Assembly: GCA_959596505.1 (NCBI GenBank)
Contig: CAUFWM010000001.1
Span: 11,113 to 75,112, forward strand
Length of the DNA stretch: 64,000 nt
Direction: 5' to 3'
From: an uncultured Collinsella sp.
GTDB taxonomy: Bacteria; Actinomycetota; Coriobacteriia; Coriobacteriales; Coriobacteriaceae
Shown one piece after another: positions 58,934 through 64,000 of the stretch. The position numbers and the translations under genes were made by a program. Numbering within the stretch: position 1 is the first letter of the stretch; each line of letters starts with the position of its first letter. The notes beneath the pieces were generated by a model. The model did no database searches. It saw only the letters and a program-made list of their open reading frames with translations, and was not told the DNA's origin.

Positions 58934-61900
58934 CTAGTTGGTCCCGTGGGGAATGCCCTGGGTGTTGATGCGCGCCAGCGTGTACGTCACGTAGTCGGAG
59001 TGCGGATAGCCATCAAGGTTGCTAACGTTGACCGGTGTGTCGTCGACAACGTTGCCGGTCATAATATTGGCCGTAAGCACCAAGCGGTAGTTTGCGTAAA
59101 TTTGGCTCTCACCCTCAACATTCGTATTCACCTTAACGCGGAAAGCATGCTTAAAGGCAAGGCTGTTGCCGTCGCGCGTGAGGAACGCGCCGTTGGTCTT
59201 GGTGTCGGTGAACACATAGCTGTTGCCGTCGGCGGATGCCGCACCCGTGCCTAGGTAATCGCTGCCGAGCACCGTAATGTAGTTCGAGATATCGCCGACC
59301 GGAGCATAGCCGCCATTATCTTGCCGCTGCTCCAGGCTCAGCGTGTAGGTCACCGTGCTTGCGGCGTCGATCTTAGCCTCGGCGCCCGTGAGCTTGCTCA
59401 GGTCGTAGGTACCCACCAGAGCGATTTCGCCGTCGGCGGACTTGAGGTCATCGATGTTGATGCCCAACTGGGATTTCTTAGACGCCTCGAGCGCGATGGT
59501 CGATGAGCCCACATCCATACGGTAGTAGCCGGCGCCGCCATCGTTGTATGCCGAGTTGCTACTGGTGCTGAGCGTGTCGGCATGCGTGGAAAGGTACGCG
59601 CGGTAGTTGGGTTTGGTGTAGCGGTCGGTGCCGCTGTTCTGCGAGGCCACGATACCCGCCTGGCAGGCAGGCTCCGTCATGGTGAGCGCGGCCCTCATGG
59701 TAACGGTGAAGGCGTTGACATGGTTCTTGGCGATCTCGCGCAGGCCCGACATGTCGATGGGATTACCCTCAGTATCGGCAAGCACCAGTGACATGTCGCC
59801 ACCGTTCGCAGTCCAACTAAGGCCCGACACCACTGGGGTCTCCTTCGTGCCGGCCAGATTCCAGCCCGACCCGCCCCAGGTGTAGTAGTTATCACCCACC
59901 TTAACGTAGAACTCATACGTGCCCTGCGTGCCCGTGGGGTATCCTACCGAGCCCGCGATGACGCCATCGTGATAGGTGACAAGCGACGAATCGAGCTGAT
60001 AATACAGCGCGTCAGAGCTCGTGTATTGCTGGCTCGAGTCAAACGTCACGGTGTCGCTCACGTCCATGGAAAGCGGATAGGTGGCATCTTTGAGCTCCAT
60101 CCGGTTGATGCTGTCCCTGTTGTCGACGAGGTTACGCTTGTTGTCAACGAGGCTGTGCGTGTAGTTTGATGCAACGCTGTAGGTCGAGGGCGTATTCTGG
60201 TGCCCATCCTCGGCAGCCTTGCCGTCGGCTGCTTTCTTGCCTCGCAGCAGGTAGTTGATGTGCTCGTTGAGGCTCGTGTCCACCGTGGTGGCGGTGTAGC
60301 CGTTGACGCCCGCGGACCCCGCCGGCGTGCGCACCACCAAGTAGAAGTTTTCGCTCTTGGGCTCTTCCTTATCAACGGAGAGGGTATAGAACGTGCCCGT
60401 CGCGTCGGAAGAAGTGCGCGCGCGGTAGTACGCGCCATCGACCTTGGCGCCAGCCATCTTCGCGAGTTCGGCCTGGCTCTTGTCCTTGACCTCGTCATCG
60501 GCGAGCTTGACCCAAGCGCCGTCCTTGTCCTCCTTGGCCTCATCGGCCTTCACGCCCACGATTTCGCTCAGCCACGGTTCGGTGTAGTAAGCCTTGTTGC
60601 CAGCGTCCACAAACTCGGTGAGCTTGACTGACGTCGCGCCACCCGTGCCCACCGTGTAGTGATATTCGCGGCTGTTGTTGGCCGTGTCCACGAGTGTGAG
60701 CTGTGTACCCTCGGGCAGCGTGGCACCGAAGGTAATGCTCTTGTTGAGCGGACCCATAGAGCCGCCGGCTTCGAGCAGCGTGTTCCAGCCGTAATCGACC
60801 GGCTTGCCCCGAGCGCTGCCATAGGTCCAGGTAAGGTAGCCGGTCATGGTGTCGCCGCTGCTCACAAGTACGTGCTTGTCGTATTTTGTCGCATAGTCGG
60901 CAGCCTTGAAGTTCGCACCTTCGGAGTAGGTGGCGGTAAAGTCGATCTCGAGCATGCGCTTGACGATGATGGGTACCTGTACACGGTAGCTCTGGCCGGC
61001 CTCGCTAAAGGTGACCGTAAGCAGCGTGAAGCGCCCCTGCTCATTGTCCCAGTCGGTGCTCGCGCGGAATGCCATAGAGCTCGTGCCATTGTTGAGCACC
61101 TTGAGCGTGGGCGCTTGCGAGGCGGCTACGTCCTTGACGAAGGTGCCGTTATCGGCGAGCGAGAAGACCTCGGCGGTGGCGGTCACATGCGCGGTGCTGC
61201 CGTTGAGGCGGCGGGCATCGGAGAAGCCGCCATTGGTCACGATGTTCAGGTAGCTCTCCACCGTCGTGGTATCGTTGCCCGGAATCACGAGCACGGGGAA
61301 GTCAGTTTTGGCCTTCTTGCCCGAAGTAATGTTGTTAGCGTTATAGGTGCTACGCGAGCTGTCCGCGCTATAGGTGCTCGTGTTTTGGTATGCGCCGGCA
61401 TCATTGATGCCGGCGATGTTGGTGTAGGTGTAGCGGCCGGGAACGCGGGCACCCGCTTGGCTTTGGATGGTCGTCGCGGTGTCAATGGCGGCGCCGTCGC
61501 CAAACAGGTAGCGGTCGGTGGTGTCGCCGTCGGAGGCACGCACCGCCAGCGTGCTCACGGGCCTCGTGGTCACGTACGGACTCGTTGCCGTGGTAGCAGT
61601 ATCGCCTGCGCCGTAAAGCGTTTTGTTCTCGTTGGGCGCGGCAGCCGTGCCGTTGTAGTCGCCGAAGGCAATATAAGTTTTCTCGTTAACAGCAGCCGTA
61701 TTCGTATTGGTCGTGTAAACCATCGGCGGCAGGTCGCTCGTGGTCTTGCCACTACCGGGCTTTACTTCCACGCCCGCTGCGGAAAGGCTGTACTTACCAT
61801 CCCCCGTGTCAACCTCGCCCAAGAGTACGCCCTGGGTTTTGCCCGCATTGTAGCTATTGCTATCCATGAGCACGTTTAACAGATGGAACTGGCCGCGCCC

Positions 61901-64000
61901 GTCGCCCATAATGCCGCCGTTGGACCTTTCGCTAAACGTGGTGTTGGATACCTTTGTGTTGGTAACGTCAATGACGACGGATCCGCTGTTACTCGCGTTA
62001 TTCGCGCCCAGCAGACCGCCGCTCCAGTTACCCTTAATCGTAGCGTTCTCGATCGCGATGTTGTTGCAGGCTATATTCACATTGCTGAAGAAGTAGCCGA
62101 TAAGCCCGCCCGAGCATTTGCCGGTGCCGGCGATGCTGACATTCTTGACACTGCAGTCGTCGAACCAGTACTTGTTGGGGCTACCGCTACTCGTAACCTC
62201 ACCAATCAGGCCGCCCGCATTGTAGATGCTATTGTTCGTTCCGGCCTTATCGCCGATGACGGCGTTCTCGGTGCCGTTTCCGCCATCAATGCGCACGTTG
62301 CTCATAGAAATAACGCCGCCACGGGCGCGTCCGACCACGCCGCCGGCGCCCATATGGTCATCGGAGTTCGACCCGGTGGCTAGCACGTTTACCCCAGAGA
62401 TGACTGCCGTGCACGACGACTGGGCCGCTGTGGTGGTGCCGATGTTGGTGTTGACCGAGATATCGCTTCTTTCGACATAGCCGAGCACGCCGCCCACGTA
62501 GGGCACTGTCCCTGTGGCAGTTATGGTCGAGTTTTTGCCAACGGTCCTTTCGCTCACCCCTGTGCCTGCGGTTGTCCACACACCGCACGCCGAGGCGACC
62601 GTACCCACATAGCCACCGACATTCTTCTCGCCCGTGACGTTAAGGCCAGTGTATGAGCAGTCATAGAGATACGCGGGGCCCCACCCGTCCCCGAACTCGA
62701 CCATATAGGTTCTGTCTTCGCTCGTAGTTCGTCTGGCGCGGCCCGAGCTGCCAAGAAGCCCTCCTACGCTCTTTGCGCCCGACACGGTGCAGTTCTTCAT
62801 CTGCACGTTGCGGTAGATGCCGCACGTGCCGTCGTCGTAGTTGGCCGTTGCACCCGCCAAAAGGCCGGCACCGGTAAGGTCGTTCGGCGCCTCTCCTGGT
62901 TTGGCTTCGCCGTTGGTGTCGATATAGGTGAGCGCTACGTTGCAGTTGCTAAAGGTGAGGTCTTTGACCTGCGCGCCGTCGTTCGCGGTGACGCTCTGCC
63001 CCACATTGGTGGAGGTGAACATCACGGTGCTGAATAGACCACCCACGCCCGAGACCTTATAGTCGTCGTCGGCGTATTCGACGACGCCGTAGGCGGTGCC
63101 TTCGGTACCCACCGTGATGGTGGCGCCGTTACCGTCGATCGTGGCTACGTGCGGCGTAATACGGTCGCGGTCGGTGCCCGGCTGGTTCGAATTGCAGGCA
63201 TTGGAATAGTAGCGGCCGTTTAGGCCCACGTACCCCGTGCCGTAGTCGGTCATATCGTAGGTGTCGCCCTGCTTGAACTCCAAGCTCATGCCGATCGATT
63301 TCGACGCGCACACATAGCCCGTTTGGTAGTCGGCAGCGTAGGACGCCACCAGGTAGGGCGAATTTACATCGTCATCATGGTCGAGCGGGCCGTGCCACCC
63401 CTGCTTGCCGGGGGCCTTCTGGTCGTCGTTTTTGGCGATTTCGAAATCGCCGGCAGCACTCTCAGGCTTGCCCACATTTGCGTAGTTAGCATTCCGTACC
63501 TTGCCATATTCCTTGTTGCCAAACAGGTAGCCGCATATCGCCGGGTCTTGCGAATCGCTGCCCCAGTAAGCCTTGGAACCGCGGAACACGCCATTATTGG
63601 AGTAGTTGGTATGTGCCGCGCCAGCACCCGCACCCGAGCTGATGATGGCCGAGAGCACCAAAAGGCCCTGGGCGTTTTTCACCATGGTCACAGGAGCCTC
63701 GGCGTTAGTGCCGAGGTACTTGTTGTCGGTGCCCGTGGTGGTGACACAGGGGGTTCCTTTTTTTGTGAGCTCGTTAATCTGGTAGTTAGCGTTACCGTTT
63801 TCAACCTTACAGCCCTCGCTAAAGGCATAGCCATCAATCACGCGACCGACGTAGGGATTGTTGTAGAGATCAAAGTTGCCCTTTCCCAGACCACGAGATT
63901 TGTCACCAGTTCCAGCACGCCAGGAAGATTTTCCGCTTTTGTCCATATTGCGGAAAATCACGCCGCCACCCGCAATGGCACCGACGTAGCCACCAATGGG
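58934..64000 (-). CDS. Giant putative surface/extracellular protein (5' partial, >1680 aa) with GLUG-like beta-helix repeats
   Basis: Frame is open to the window edge; repeated VGGLLG/VGGYVG/AGGLIG motifs; Thr/Gly/Asn-rich. Confidence 0.85.
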   Translation of the reverse strand, partial: PIGGYVGAIAGGGVIFRNMDKSGKSSWRAGTGDKSRGLGKGNFDLYNNPYVGRVIDGYAFSEGCKVENGNANYQINELTKKGTPCVTTTGTDNKYLGTNAEAPVTMVKNAQGLLVLSAIISSGAGAGAAHTNYSNNGVFRGSKAYWGSDSQDPAICGYLFGNKEYGKVRNANYANVGKPESAAGDFEIAKNDDQKAPGKQGWHGPLDHDDDVNSPYLVASYAADYQTGYVCASKSIGMSLEFKQGDTYDMTDYGTGYVGLNGRYYSNACNSNQPGTDRDRITPHVATIDGNGATITVGTEGTAYGVVEYADDDYKVSGVGGLFSTVMFTSTNVGQSVTANDGAQVKDLTFSNCNVALTYIDTNGEAKPGEAPNDLTGAGLLAGATANYDDGTCGIYRNVQMKNCTVSGAKSVGGLLGSSGRARRTTSEDRTYMVEFGDGWGPAYLYDCSYTGLNVTGEKNVGGYVGTVASACGVWTTAGTGVSERTVGKNSTITATGTVPYVGGVLGYVERSDISVNTNIGTTTAAQSSCTAVISGVNVLATGSNSDDHMGAGGVVGRARGGVISMSNVRIDGGNGTENAVIGDKAGTNNSIYNAGGLIGEVTSSGSPNKYWFDDCSVKNVSIAGTGKCSGGLIGYFFSNVNIACNNIAIENATIKGNWSGGLLGANNASNSGSVVIDVTNTKVSNTTFSERSNGGIMGDGRGQFHLLNVLMDSNSYNAGKTQGVLLGEVDTGDGKYSLSAAGVEVKPGSGKTTSDLPPMVYTTNTNTAAVNEKTYIAFGDYNGTAAAPNENKTLYGAGDTATTATSPYVTTRPVSTLAVRASDGDTTDRYLFGDGAAIDTATTIQSQAGARVPGRYTYTNIAGINDAGAYQNTSTYSADSSRSTYNANNITSGKKAKTDFPVLVIPGNDTTTVESYLNIVTNGGFSDARRLNGSTAHVTATAEVFSLADNGTFVKDVAASQAPTLKVLNNGTSSMAFRASTDWDNEQGRFTLLTVTFSEAGQSYRVQVPIIVKRMLEIDFTATYSEGANFKAADYATKYDKHVLVSSGDTMTGYLTWTYGSARGKPVDYGWNTLLEAGGSMGPLNKSITFGATLPEGTQLTLVDTANNSREYHYTVGTGGATSVKLTEFVDAGNKAYYTEPWLSEIVGVKADEAKEDKDGAWVKLADDEVKDKSQAELAKMAGAKVDGAYYRARTSSDATGTFYTLSVDKEEPKSENFYLVVRTPAGSAGVNGYTATTVDTSLNEHINYLLRGKKAADGKAAEDGHQNTPSTYSVASNYTHSLVDNKRNLVDNRDSINRMELKDATYPLSMDVSDTVTFDSSQQYTSSDALYYQLDSSLVTYHDGVIAGSVGYPTGTQGTYEFYVKVGDNYYTWGGSGWNLAGTKETPVVSGLSWTANGGDMSLVLADTEGNPIDMSGLREIAKNHVNAFTVTMRAALTMTEPACQAGIVASQNSGTDRYTKPNYRAYLSTHADTLSTSSNSAYNDGGAGYYRMDVGSSTIALEASKKSQLGINIDDLKSADGEIALVGTYDLSKLTGAEAKIDAASTVTYTLSLEQRQDNGGYAPVGDISNYITVLGSDYLGTGAASADGNSYVFTDTKTNGAFLTRDGNSLAFKHAFRVKVNTNVEGESQIYANYRLVLTANIMTGNVVDDTPVNVSNLDGYPHSDYVTYTLARINTQGIPHGTN

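Noticed and set aside
58670..59254. 194-aa plus-strand ORF
   Set aside because: It spans the CTTTCCA repeats, a terminator and the antisense strand of the giant gene, and has no coding features.

Overview
A 64-kb, GC-rich chromosomal window. Gene content and composition suggest a gut Coriobacteriia (Collinsella-like) actinobacterium; this is inference, as no marker gene is present. I saw no rRNA, tRNA, CRISPR array, prophage or intact transposase. Main coding modules: an Agr-like LytTR/GHKL two-component pair; trxA; a small His-rich ORF plus nikR-hypFCDE; PTS IIA with an RpiR regulator and a distant GH1 phospho-beta-glucosidase; pyrE; a ROK pseudogene; a zinc-ribbon/SPFH membrane cluster; a three-gene sensory system containing a pseudo-kinase; rbsK, a nucleoside hydrolase and luxS; an OatA-like acyltransferase; a Mg2+ transport cluster (MgtE-like, NRAMP-related, CNNM); two ABC exporters with a NarL-type two-component system; an Ech-type [NiFe] hydrogenase operon with a fused EchA-EchB; an orphan IS3 OrfA-like HTH gene; and the 3' part of a giant surface protein gene. 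The most unusual signal is non-coding. The intergenic spaces hold several interlinked palindromic element families: two 166-bp copies with compensatory stem changes, two 154-bp inverted-repeat cassettes whose interiors are flipped relative to their shared flanks, and many ~29-nt GGGAC-loop hairpins at gene ends. The 166-bp and 154-bp elements share a CCGCAGGTAGA core. Other highlights are a standalone cyanophycin-synthetase N-domain-like putative metallopeptidase, a Pro/Arg-rich candidate leader peptide before the Mg2+ transporter operon, a duplicated operator module linking crr and bglA, and several apparent pseudo-enzymes.
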